A stretch of DNA of 64,000 nt from Bacillota bacterium (lineage in GTDB: Bacteria > Bacillota > Clostridia > TANB77 > CAG-508): NCBI GenBank assembly GCA_963929915.1, contig CAWVJY010000008.1, positions 226,705-290,704 of the forward strand. The letters are read 5' to 3'. Every line of letters begins with the position of its first letter. Positions within the stretch are counted from its first letter, which is position 1. This document shows positions 13,773-22,581 of this stretch, piece by piece. A program made the position numbers and the translations under genes. The notes below the pieces were generated by a model. The model did no database searches and was not told the DNA's origin. It saw nothing but the letters and a program-made list of their open reading frames with translations.

Positions 13773-13799
13773 AACGACTTTTCTATTAGAAAAGTCGTT
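13773..13799 (+). terminator. terminator after the tRNA pair
   Basis: AACGACTTTT-loop-AAAAGTCGTT hairpin followed by a T-rich tract. Confidence 0.6.
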
Positions 13800-13913
13800 A
13801 TTGCTTTATTACTATGAATAAAAAATAATTTTAAAAAATTCCAAAATCTCTTGATTTTTGAAAAAACATCGAGTAAGATAAAGAAAAGAAATCAAGAATA
13901 AGGAGAAATAAAA

Positions 13914-14066
13914 ATGATAGTAGATGGAAAAGGAAACTTATTTGAAAATAGAAGAAAAAGCAAAGAAGATAGGAGAAAAAATGAAATAGATGTATCTGGG
14001 GGAAGAAGAAAGGAAGACAGAAGAAAGCAAAGCCAAATCCCAGAAACAGAAAAAAAGAGAAAATAA
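13914..14066 (+). CDS. small highly basic protein (50 aa) with internal KEDRRK repeats
   Basis: Below the track size cutoff. AAGGAGA RBS 6 nt upstream of the ATG. MIVDGKGNLFENRRKSKEDRRKNEIDVSGGRRKEDRRKQSQIPETEKKRK. A clean hairpin terminator (14087-14116) follows. Confidence 0.45.
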   Translation: MIVDGKGNLFENRRKSKEDRRKNEIDVSGGRRKEDRRKQSQIPETEKKRK

Positions 14067-14086
14067 AAACATACCGTGTCAATGGG

Positions 14087-14116
14087 GACGGAGATTTTTG
14101 ACAAAATCTCCGTCTT
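14087..14116 (+). terminator. hairpin terminator
   Basis: GGACGGAGATTTTGACAAAATCTCCGTC followed by TTTATT. Confidence 0.5.
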
Positions 14117-14205
14117 TATTGATACTATTAATATAAAAATACCCCATTTAACTTATAATAAGTCAAATGAGGCAATAGATTATGGCAAAAAATAATTAAC
14201 TAAAA

Positions 14206-14328
14206 TTAGCAACATCCATTTCTACCATTACCACCGCAACAGCAGCAGATTAAAATAAGAACTATAATAATCCAAATGCAGTCATCACCAAATCCAAAAC
14301 CGCATCCACATCCTCTATTTTCTGGCAT
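14206..14328 (-). CDS. small Cys/Gly-rich membrane peptide, YjcZ-like sporulation-type small protein (40 aa)
   Basis: Own reverse translation: MPENRGCGCGFGFGDDCIWIIIVLILICCCCGGNGRNGCC. RBS AAGGGGGG. Architecture is Gly/Cys-rich ends flanking a single hydrophobic helix, as in the YjcZ family. Confidence 0.5.
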   Translation of the reverse strand: MPENRGCGCGFGFGDDCIWIIIVLILICCCCGGNGRNGCC

Positions 14329-14371
14329 ACTAATTCCCCCCTTTCAAAAACATGTACTTAATTCTGTTGAA

Positions 14372-14485
14372 CTAGCAACCACATCCGTTGTTACAGCTAC
14401 AGCAATTGTTATTACCACAGCAGAAAAGTAACAAGAATAGGATGATAAACCATAAAATTTCTCCGTTATTACCACAACATCCCAT
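14372..14485 (-). CDS. second small Cys-rich membrane peptide, paralog of the previous (37 aa)
   Basis: Own reverse translation: MGCCGNNGEILWFIILFLLLFCCGNNNCCSCNNGCGC. RBS GGGAGGT. Confidence 0.5.
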   Translation of the reverse strand: MGCCGNNGEILWFIILFLLLFCCGNNNCCSCNNGCGC

Positions 14486-14607
14486 TTTCTATACCTCCCT
14501 ATCAAAAAAATATTTTAGTTCTTTCGTATGGTATATAGTATTCTTATTTTTTAAAAGTGTTACAAAGCTAAATTGTAAAAGTAAAATATAATTAGAAAAA
14601 GCAAAGG

Positions 14608-14695
14608 AATGTCCCAACTGGCTGAAAATCAACCAATAGGGACGTTCTTTTTTGGTCGAAAATCAGCCAAAAAGGACCGTCCCTCTTGGCTGAAA
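14608..14695. repeat. degenerate REP-like palindromic element related to the 26.7-33.1 kb REP family
   Basis: GTCCCAACTGGCTGAAAATCAACCAATAGGGACGTTC...GGACCGTCCC shares the GTCCCAA / GGGACGGTTC ends of the REP consensus. The GC-rich core is replaced by GGCTGAAAATCA-type repeats. Confidence 0.4.
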
Positions 14696-14786
14696 TGAAA
14701 AAAATCTAAAAAAGTCTACAAAAAAACAAAAAAGAATGATATAATTTGTAACAGAAAAAACAATAGAAAAATATGGAGGAAAATAC

Positions 14787-16955
14787 ATGGGAAATATTGT
14801 ACTATTAGATGATAATACGATTAATAAAATTGCGGCAGGAGAAGTTATAGAAAGACCAGCATCTGTAGTAAAAGAATTAATGGAAAATTCTATTGATGCG
14901 GGAGCAACCGTTATTAATGTAGAAATAAAAAATGGAGGAATTTCTTATATTCGAATTACAGATAACGGAAAGGGATTTGCTCCAGATGATATGGAAATTG
15001 CATTTGAGAGACATGCAACTTCTAAAATTAGAAAAGCAGAAGATTTAGAGACCGTTACTTCTATGGGGTTTAGAGGAGAAGCTTTAGCTAGTATTGCAGC
15101 TATTAGTAAAGTAGAACTTGTTTCTAAAACAGCAGAAAATGAAATTGGTTACAAAGTGGAAATAGAAGGTGGAAAGCTTTTAAATAAAGAAGAAGCAGGT
15201 TGCTCCAAAGGAAGTACCATTACGATTCAAAATTTATTTTACAATACTCCTGTTAGATATAAATTTTTAAAAAAGGATTTTACAGAAGCAGGATACATAG
15301 AAGATGTAGTAACTAGAATTGCTTTAGTACATCCAGAGGTTGCTATTAGGCTAATCAATACAGGAAAAACCATTATTCAAACACCAGGAAATGGAGATAG
15401 TAAAGCCGTTATTTATAGTATTTATGGAAAAGATATTGCAGAAAATATTTTAGATGTATCTTATGAATATGAAGATATTAAAATAACGGGGGTAATTGGA
15501 AAACCAGTTATAGCACGTTCTAATCGTTCTAACCAACTATTTTTTGTGAATAAAAGATATATTAAAGATAAAACATTAACAAGTGCAGCAGAGCAAGGCT
15601 ACAAAGGGTTAATTACAATTGGCAAATATGGCTTTTTAGTGTTAAATATAGAAATGAGTCCTAATAAAGTAGATGTTAATGTACACCCTGCAAAATTAGA
15701 AGTTCGTTTTGAAGAAGAAAGCAAAGTATTTAAAGCAGTATATCATGCTATTAAAGATACTTTATTAAAAGGAGATTTAGTAGCAGATACAGAACAAGTA
15801 CCAGAAGAAACGAAAATAAATACGATAGTGAATTCTACCGCAATTCCTACAAATACAATACCAGTAAGTACAACACCCCTAGATGCAGCAAATCTTAGGT
15901 ATAATCCTAATATAGCAGATACCAATAAAAATCAGGATAAGCAAGAAGAGAACAAAGAAGAAAAAACATTGGGTGGCCTATTCAGAAGATTGGTAAAAGA
16001 ACATGAAGAAAAAGAAAAGAAGGAAGAAAAACAAACAGATAATGAACCAGAAGATAAAGGTAATTTCATTGCCGAACTTTATACCAATAAATTTGGTGTT
16101 TCAGAAGAAAAATCACCTTATGAATTACCTACTAAAAAAATAGATATACAAGAAATTCAAGAACAAAATAAAGTTAAGAAACAAGAAAATACAACAAACC
16201 AAAAAGATAACAAGAATTTTGATGAAATGTATTTACGTACTTTTGGCGCAATGCCATCAGAATTAAGAAAGCTTGCCGAGGAAGAAAAGAAAAAAGAAGA
16301 AAAAATTACAGTAAAACCAGAAGAACTAGAAGCAGTAGAAAATATTTCTATTTTTCCAAAAGAAGATAAACAACAAATTCCTGATTACAAATTTATAGGT
16401 ATTGCATTTTCTACCTATATTATTCTAGAATTAGGAAAAGAACTTTACATTTTAGATCAACATGCAGCACATGAAAGAATTTTATATGAAAAAGTAAAAA
16501 AGAACTATTATAGTGATGACCAAAAAGATTCTCAATTAATGCTATTACCAGATATTATTAATTTGTCTCATAAAGAAATGGATATTGCAAAAGAAAATAT
16601 GGAAATGTTTGAAAAAGCAGGTTTCACCTTAGAAGAATTTGGAGAAAACACTATCAAACTAAGTGGAGTTCCTAATATTTGTTTGGACTTAGATACCAAA
16701 GAGCTATTTCTAGAAACATTAGATGAAATTAATACTGTAGCTAGAACTGCTAAACAAGAAAAAGAAGAAAAGTTTATTGCAACTGTTGCTTGTAAAGCAG
16801 CAGTAAAAGCTAATATGGCACTTACCAAAGAGGAAGTAGACAACTTAATGAGTCAATTATTAGTGCTTCCAAATCCATTTACCTGTCCACATGGAAGACC
16901 AACCGCAATTAAAATGACCAAAACAGATATTGAAAAGAAATTTTCAAGAAGATAA
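14787..16955 (+). CDS. mutL: DNA mismatch repair protein MutL
   Basis: N-terminal GHKL ATPase (AAGEVIERPASVVKELMENSIDAG), long low-complexity linker, C-terminal dimerisation and endonuclease region (DQHAAHERILYE, CPHGRP). Confidence 0.95.
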   Translation: MGNIVLLDDNTINKIAAGEVIERPASVVKELMENSIDAGATVINVEIKNGGISYIRITDNGKGFAPDDMEIAFERHATSKIRKAEDLETVTSMGFRGEALASIAAISKVELVSKTAENEIGYKVEIEGGKLLNKEEAGCSKGSTITIQNLFYNTPVRYKFLKKDFTEAGYIEDVVTRIALVHPEVAIRLINTGKTIIQTPGNGDSKAVIYSIYGKDIAENILDVSYEYEDIKITGVIGKPVIARSNRSNQLFFVNKRYIKDKTLTSAAEQGYKGLITIGKYGFLVLNIEMSPNKVDVNVHPAKLEVRFEEESKVFKAVYHAIKDTLLKGDLVADTEQVPEETKINTIVNSTAIPTNTIPVSTTPLDAANLRYNPNIADTNKNQDKQEENKEEKTLGGLFRRLVKEHEEKEKKEEKQTDNEPEDKGNFIAELYTNKFGVSEEKSPYELPTKKIDIQEIQEQNKVKKQENTTNQKDNKNFDEMYLRTFGAMPSELRKLAEEEKKKEEKITVKPEELEAVENISIFPKEDKQQIPDYKFIGIAFSTYIILELGKELYILDQHAAHERILYEKVKKNYYSDDQKDSQLMLLPDIINLSHKEMDIAKENMEMFEKAGFTLEEFGENTIKLSGVPNICLDLDTKELFLETLDEINTVARTAKQEKEEKFIATVACKAAVKANMALTKEEVDNLMSQLLVLPNPFTCPHGRPTAIKMTKTDIEKKFSRR

Positions 16956-17077
16956 AAATAATACAAAGTTTTTTTACATAAAACAACATAAAATTAGATA
17001 ATTAGCAGATTGGCAAAAAGTAATAAAAAATAGTACAAAGTAGTACAAAATTTAAGAAAAAGAGAAGAGGAAAAAAC

Positions 17078-17506
17078 ATGGTTTTATTTATCTATTTTTG
17101 TATATTAGTATTAAATATTGTAGCAATATTTTTAATGTATCGTTTTTTAGGTACAACCATAGAAAAAAAAGAAAAATGGATTTTTATTGTGGTAGGAATG
17201 GCTCTTATGTATATGCTAGTATCTTTTGTTTATTGGCTAAGTACAAAAGATATAGATTTAGGTACCAATAGTAATTTAGGTTCTAACTTTATTACTTTTA
17301 CCTTTGTACCAGTCAATGGAATCTTAGTTTTGCCATTTTTGGCAAGTTCTTATCGTTATTGGAAAGAAGGAAGATTAAAACCTGAAAAATTTAGAAATAG
17401 AATTATTCTAGCTGTTATTATTTTAGTAATTGTTTTAGTAATTGAATTTTTTTATTTTCAAGATATTCAAAATGGAATTTTAAGTTTAGTACAAGCTAAC
17501 CAATAA
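17078..17506 (+). CDS. membrane protein, 4 predicted TM helices
   Basis: Hydrophobicity pattern only. Confidence 0.4.
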   Translation: MVLFIYFCILVLNIVAIFLMYRFLGTTIEKKEKWIFIVVGMALMYMLVSFVYWLSTKDIDLGTNSNLGSNFITFTFVPVNGILVLPFLASSYRYWKEGRLKPEKFRNRIILAVIILVIVLVIEFFYFQDIQNGILSLVQANQ

Positions 17507-17640
17507 ATGAAACAATATTTAAAAATATGCAAACTAAAAAATAAAAATTAAAATTAAAATAACAAAATAAGCAGTATAATAAGTAGCTTAAAAGAAAGGA
17601 GAATGTTGTATAATATCCTTTATATTATACAAAGAAAATT

Positions 17641-18573
17641 ATGCAAAAAAACAAACCAAAAGTAATTGTGATTTGTGGTCCAACAGCTTCAGGCAAAACT
17701 AAATTATCCATAGAGCTTGCTAAACAAATACAAGGAGAAATTGTTTCTTGTGATTCTATGCAAATTTATCAGGAAATGAATATAGGAACTGCAAAACCAA
17801 CCAAAGAAGAAATGCAAGGAATACCACATTATTTATTGGATTTTGTTTCACCAAGTAAAAGGTATAGTGTAGCAGATTTTAAAAAAGATGCTACCTTAGC
17901 AATAGAAAATATCTTACAGTATAATAAAGTGCCTATTTTGGTAGGAGGTACAGGACTTTATATAGAAAGCTTAGTTAAAAATATTGAGTACCCAGAAATA
18001 GAATTAGATAGTAATTATAGAAAACAACTAGAAGAGCAAATACAAGAAAAAGGTCTAGAAGTACTATATGAAAAAGCAAAAGAGATTGATCCAAAAGCAA
18101 TGGAAACGATTAGTAAAAACGATAAGAAGCGTATTATGAGGGTATTAGAACTTTACCGTCAAACAGGTAAAACCAAAACAGAACTAGAAAAACTATCTAG
18201 GCAAAATCCACCACCTTATGACTATCATGTTTTTGCGATTACAATGGATCGAGAAAAATTATATAATAGAATTAACCAAAGAGTGGACAACATGATAGAG
18301 CAAGGGTTAATTCAAGAAGTAGAAAACTTGCTAAAAAAATATAATACTTTTCCTACTGCTATGCAAGGGTTAGGGTATAAAGAGGTAGTAAGTTATTTGC
18401 AAGGAAATATAACCAAAGAAGAAATGATTGAAAAATTAAAGATGGAAACCAGAAGATATGCAAAAAGGCAATTAACATGGTTTCGAAAAGATAAAAATAT
18501 AAAATGGCTAAATGCTTTAGCACCAATACAAGAAAATATACAATGTATTGTGGAGGATTACAGTGGAGAATAA
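17641..18573 (+). CDS. miaA: tRNA dimethylallyltransferase
   Basis: VIVICGPTASGKT P-loop and the MiaA family pattern throughout. Confidence 0.9.
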   Translation: MQKNKPKVIVICGPTASGKTKLSIELAKQIQGEIVSCDSMQIYQEMNIGTAKPTKEEMQGIPHYLLDFVSPSKRYSVADFKKDATLAIENILQYNKVPILVGGTGLYIESLVKNIEYPEIELDSNYRKQLEEQIQEKGLEVLYEKAKEIDPKAMETISKNDKKRIMRVLELYRQTGKTKTELEKLSRQNPPPYDYHVFAITMDREKLYNRINQRVDNMIEQGLIQEVENLLKKYNTFPTAMQGLGYKEVVSYLQGNITKEEMIEKLKMETRRYAKRQLTWFRKDKNIKWLNALAPIQENIQCIVEDYSGE

Positions 18574-19888
18574 AAAAAATGTAACAGCATCTGAAAAAAT
18601 GAAAAATAAGAAAATAGCACCTCGAAAAAAGAAATCAAAGAATATAAAGAATATGTGGAATGACATTATAGGGCATAAAAAAATTCTGATTGCTTTGATT
18701 GTGGTTCTTGCGGTTATTATTTTTTGCATCTATAAAGTTATAATATTTATTCAGAACCCAACAGATACCTTTATGGTAGAACAAGGAATGATTTATCAAG
18801 AAGAAAAAGGAACAGGCTATGTTATTAGAGATGAAACAATTGTAAAAGGTTCTAATTATAAAAATGGAATGGAACAAATAAAAACAGAAGGAGAACGAGT
18901 AGCAAAAGGAGAAGACATTTTTCGTTATTATTCTAGTGGGGAAGAAAATCTCATAAAAAAAATACAAGATTTAGATGCAAAAATAGATGAAGCTATGGCA
19001 AAAGAGGAACCTTTGTATCCCAGTGATGTGAAAGCTCTAGAAAAACAAATAGAAGATGATATTGCTTCTTTATATCAAGTCAATAATTTACAAACAATCC
19101 GTGAAACGAAAAAAAGTATTGCAGACAGTATTACAAAAAAAGCAAAAATAGCAGGTGAATATAGTCCAGCAGGATCTTACTTAAAAAAATTAATTGATGA
19201 AAGAAGTGAATATGAAAATCAATTAAATCAAGGAGCAGAACGACTAACAGCACCAATTAGTGGTGTAGTGTCATATAAAGTAGATGGATTAGAAGATGTT
19301 TTAACAACAGATGATTTTAGCAAAATTACAACAGAATTTTTAGAAGGACTTAATTTAAAAACAGGGCAAGTAGTAGCGGATAGTAAAGAAAGTGCTAAAA
19401 TTATTAATAATTTTGAATGCTATATTGCTTGCAGTATGGATTCTGAACAAGTCAAAAATGCAGAAGTAGGGCAATCTGTTGACTTAAGATTACCAAGTGG
19501 AAGTGAAGTAACTAGCGAAATTGTTAATATTTTAGAAGAAGAAAACAAAGTAGTTATTACCTTTAAAATAGATAAACAAGTACAAGAACTTATTAGTTAC
19601 CGCAAAATTTCTTTTACCATTATTTGGTGGAGTGATAGTGGCAAAAAGATTCCAAATACTGCTATTGGTACAGAAACAAAAGGAGAAAATGAACTTCATT
19701 ATGTAGTTAGAACAAGAGCTGGATACCAAGATAAAATTTGGATTAAAATAAAAAGACAAAATGATAAATATGCCATAGTAGAAAATTATACAAGAACAGA
19801 ACTAGAAGAATTAGGCTTTACAGATGAAGAAATTCAAAATGCTATCAGTTTGACTTTATATGATGAAATTCTAAAAAAACCGACATAA
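18563..19888 (+). CDS. HlyD-family membrane-fusion-like protein (N-terminal TM, coiled coil, beta-barrel)
   Basis: Basic N-terminus plus one TM, lipoyl-like hairpin, long coiled coil, then APISGVV and GQSVDLRLP beta-barrel segments. Start moved from the track's TTG at 18548 to the GTG at 18563, which has RBS GGAGGA at 5-nt spacing. Confidence 0.45.
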   Translation: MENKKNVTASEKMKNKKIAPRKKKSKNIKNMWNDIIGHKKILIALIVVLAVIIFCIYKVIIFIQNPTDTFMVEQGMIYQEEKGTGYVIRDETIVKGSNYKNGMEQIKTEGERVAKGEDIFRYYSSGEENLIKKIQDLDAKIDEAMAKEEPLYPSDVKALEKQIEDDIASLYQVNNLQTIRETKKSIADSITKKAKIAGEYSPAGSYLKKLIDERSEYENQLNQGAERLTAPISGVVSYKVDGLEDVLTTDDFSKITTEFLEGLNLKTGQVVADSKESAKIINNFECYIACSMDSEQVKNAEVGQSVDLRLPSGSEVTSEIVNILEEENKVVITFKIDKQVQELISYRKISFTIIWWSDSGKKIPNTAIGTETKGENELHYVVRTRAGYQDKIWIKIKRQNDKYAIVENYTRTELEELGFTDEEIQNAISLTLYDEILKKPT

Positions 19889-19960
19889 AATATTACAATT
19901 ATATTACAAATATATTACAATAATATTAAATTATGATTACAAACACAAAAACTATTGACA
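19889..19960 (+). promoter_or_regulatory. phased ATTACAA repeat module plus TTGACA, upstream of sepF-divIVA
   Basis: AATATTACAATTATATTACAAATATATTACAATAATATTAAATTATGATTACAAACA then TTGACA. ATTACAA recurs at ~11-bp phasing. A 26-nt block is identical to the one at 37975-38030. Confidence 0.45.
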
Positions 19961-20029
19961 AGAAGACTAAAAAGTTAGATACTATTTACAGTTAAACGAA
20001 TGATAAATTCGAATTAGGAGGTTGTTTAA

Positions 20030-20515
20030 ATGGCAGGAGCTATTATGGAAAAAGTATGGGGATTATTTGGAATGGACCCAGCTGAAGATAAAGAAGAAGA
20101 AGAGGTAGAAAACTACGATCAAGAAGAGGAAGAAGCTACCGAAGAAGAGGATCAAGAACAAGAAACAAGAAGACCTTGGGGAAGAAAAAATAGCAAAGTA
20201 GTTAGTATGCCACAAGTTCAACAAGTAAAAATGGTTATTTCTCAACCAACAAACTTTGAACAAGCTGCTAATATTTGCGATTTATTAAAACAAAAGAAAT
20301 CCGTAATTGTTAATTTAGAATATGTAAATAAAGATGTTGCAAGAAGAATTATAGATGTAGTATCTGGAGCAGTACATGCTTTAGATGGTCATATGCAAAA
20401 AATTTCTAATTCTATTGTATTAATTGCACCATTTAATTATGATATTGAAAACGAAATGGCTAGAGATGAAATTAAAAATAAATTATCCGTTTCATGGCTA
20501 AGAAATAATAACTAA
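20030..20515 (+). CDS. sepF: cell division protein SepF
   Basis: Acidic Glu-rich N-region and conserved C-domain SVIVNLEYVNKDVARRIIDVVSGAVHALDGHMQKISNSIVLIAP. Confidence 0.8.
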   Translation: MAGAIMEKVWGLFGMDPAEDKEEEEVENYDQEEEEATEEEDQEQETRRPWGRKNSKVVSMPQVQQVKMVISQPTNFEQAANICDLLKQKKSVIVNLEYVNKDVARRIIDVVSGAVHALDGHMQKISNSIVLIAPFNYDIENEMARDEIKNKLSVSWLRNNN

Positions 20516-20582
20516 AGAAAAAGCAGGTAGCAAATAACAAGGCTATCTGTTTTACGAAGCAAAAAATGTAGGAGGAAAAAAT

Positions 20583-21032
20583 ATGCTAACCCCTTTAGAT
20601 ATTGAGAACAAAAAATTTTCAAAACAAATGATGAATGGATATAGTGTAGAAGAAGTAGACGACTTTCTAGATGAATTAACAGCAGACTACGAAAAAATAT
20701 ATAAAGAAGTTGCAGAAGCAAAAAATAAAATAGAAGATTTACAAGAAAGTATGGAAAAATATAAAAATATCGAAGGAACTTTACAAAATACTTTGGTAAT
20801 GGCACAATCTGCAGCAGATGAGGTAAAAAGGCTTGCAAAACAACAAGCTGAGCAAATGATTAATGAAGCACAAGCAACTGCCAAACAAGCTGTTACAGAA
20901 TTAGAACAAGAATTAACTTTAAAGAAAAAAGAAATGGAAGAAGTACAAAAACAATTTGATGTTTACAAAGCAAAAATGGAATCTCTTTTAATTTCACAAT
21001 TAGAGTTATTAAAAGATGTGAATAAGGACTAA
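20583..21032 (+). CDS. divIVA: DivIVA
   Basis: MLTPLDIENKKFSKQMMNGYSVEEVDDFLDEL N-terminal lipid-binding domain plus coiled coil. Confidence 0.85.
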   Translation: MLTPLDIENKKFSKQMMNGYSVEEVDDFLDELTADYEKIYKEVAEAKNKIEDLQESMEKYKNIEGTLQNTLVMAQSAADEVKRLAKQQAEQMINEAQATAKQAVTELEQELTLKKKEMEEVQKQFDVYKAKMESLLISQLELLKDVNKD

Positions 21033-21047
21033 GAGAATGTAAAAAGT

Positions 21048-21076
21048 GGAGATAGCTTTTAAATGCTATCTCTATT
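21048..21076 (+). terminator. terminator after divIVA
   Basis: GGAGATAGC-TTTTAAAT-GCTATCTC hairpin followed by a T tract. Confidence 0.6.
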
Positions 21077-21091
21077 TTTAGCTATTATAAT

Positions 21092-21272
21092 ATTCAAAGT
21101 AAATATATTACAACGTTTGACCTTGGTGTCGCAATTTCCTATATTGTGCAAGAAAATCTACGATTTTCTGCACATACTAGCATGAAAATTGCTCCAATTC
21201 GCACTTCGTGGCACAGCCACTCCGTTTGGTCGCTTACGCGGTCTACACTTTTGTAATATATTTACTTTGAAT
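21092..21272. repeat. 181-bp palindromic intergenic element with 21-bp terminal inverted repeats and a GC-rich core related to the ERIC-like elements
   Basis: ATTCAAAGTAAATATATTACA ... TGTAATATATTTACTTTGAAT. The core (...CGTGGCACAGCCACTCCGTTTGGTCGCTTACGCGG) resembles the core of the 37836 and 53645 elements (...CGAACAGCTGTCACAATGGTCGCCCACGCAAGG). GC is much higher than the surroundings. Confidence 0.5.
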
Positions 21273-21338
21273 AAATTGCTTAGTACTAAAATTCATTGAA
21301 AAAATTACTTTACTTTTACAAATACTTGTTATATAATA

Positions 21339-21420
21339 CAACTAGAAAAATATTACAATTATTTAACATTATTACAATTGCATTAAGAAAATATTACAAT
21401 TGTGTTAAAAATATTGACAT
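21339..21420 (+). promoter_or_regulatory. second ATTACAA repeat module plus TTGACA, upstream of rsmD
   Basis: AATATTACAATTATTTAACATTATTACAATTGCATTAAGAAAATATTACAATTGTGTTAAAAATATTGACA. Confidence 0.4.
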
Positions 21421-21464
21421 ATTAGCTAAAAACTATAAAATAGAAGTATATCATAAGAGGTACT

Positions 21465-22025
21465 ATGAGAGTAATTAGTGGAACAGCAAGAGGAACAAAA
21501 TTAAATTCAATTCAAGAATTGTCTACAAGGCCAACATTAGATAGAGTAAAAGAATCTTTATTTAACATTTTACAACCTAATATCCAAGAAGATTCTGTTA
21601 TTTTAGATTTGTTTTCAGGAAGTGGAGCTATTGCAATTGAATTTTTAAGTAGAGGTGCCGAAAAAGCCTATTTTTGTGAAAAAAATCAGTTGGCAGTAAA
21701 AATGATATACTCCAATTTAGAAAAAACAAAGCTAACAGAAAAAGCAGTTATTATTAAAAAAGACTATAAAAAAGCTTTAGAAATTTTACAGCAGGAAAAG
21801 GTAAAATTGGATTTTGTTTATATCGATCCACCTTATGAAGCGAATATTGCAGTTGATGCTGCAGAAAGAATTTTGTCACTAAATTTACTAAATGAAAAAG
21901 GAAACCTAATCATAGAAACCGATGATGAGAAACGAGAATTACTCGAATTGAAAGAATTAAATGTAGATGTTTATGATATAAGAAAATATGGAAGAGTGAG
22001 TCTTATATTCTTAAGAAAAAAGTAG
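21465..22025 (+). CDS. rsmD: 16S rRNA (guanine966-N2)-methyltransferase
   Basis: DLFSGSGAIAIE ... IDPPY motifs. Confidence 0.85.
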   Translation: MRVISGTARGTKLNSIQELSTRPTLDRVKESLFNILQPNIQEDSVILDLFSGSGAIAIEFLSRGAEKAYFCEKNQLAVKMIYSNLEKTKLTEKAVIIKKDYKKALEILQQEKVKLDFVYIDPPYEANIAVDAAERILSLNLLNEKGNLIIETDDEKRELLELKELNVDVYDIRKYGRVSLIFLRKK

Positions 22026-22060
22026 AATTCCTACTTTTTAGGTTGAAAGGGGTTAAAGCA

Positions 22061-22498
22061 ATGGAAATATTCACCTTATTAGAAACATTAGAAGATATGT
22101 TAGAAAAAAGCAGAAATGTACCTTTTTCTGGTAAATGTGTTGTAGATAAAGAAGAAATTTTAGATATTATTAAAGAAATTAGATTAAAACTACCAGAAGA
22201 GCTAAAACAAGCAAAATGGGTAAAAGAAGAAAGACAAAGAATTTTAGTGGAAGCTCAAAATGAGGCAGATGAAATTATTAAAGAAGCAGAAAATAGAATT
22301 ATTTCTATGATTGATGAACACGAAATTACAAGAAAGGCCTATGAAAAGAAAGTAGAAATTATAGAAACAGCAAATGAAATGTCTCGCGAAATTTCAAAAG
22401 GAACCAAAGATTATGCAGATAGTGTTCTAGCTGGAATTGAAGTTGCACTTCAAGATGCATTAAAAGTAATTCAAGATAATAGAAAAGAACTTAAATAG
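22061..22498 (+). CDS. hypothetical coiled-coil protein
   Basis: ORF with RBS AAAGGGG. Highly charged helical sequence, no assignable family. Confidence 0.4.
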   Translation: MEIFTLLETLEDMLEKSRNVPFSGKCVVDKEEILDIIKEIRLKLPEELKQAKWVKEERQRILVEAQNEADEIIKEAENRIISMIDEHEITRKAYEKKVEIIETANEMSREISKGTKDYADSVLAGIEVALQDALKVIQDNRKELK

Positions 22499-22509
22499 AG
22501 TGTTTTTTC

Positions 22510-22545
22510 GGAAGTCAGATATCGGAAGTTTCCGATTTCTGACTT
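22510..22545 (+). terminator. nested hairpin terminator
   Basis: GAAGTCAGA...ATCGGAAGTTTCCGAT...TCTGACTT followed by TTTTTTT. Confidence 0.6.
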
Positions 22546-22581
22546 TTTTTAAAGAAGTTCTTGGACAAAGGAGGGGCTAGT

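Noticed and set aside
14388-14591. 67-aa plus-strand ORF
   Set aside because: Antisense to the second Cys-rich peptide gene, which has a proper RBS. It translates as poly-Q/L junk.
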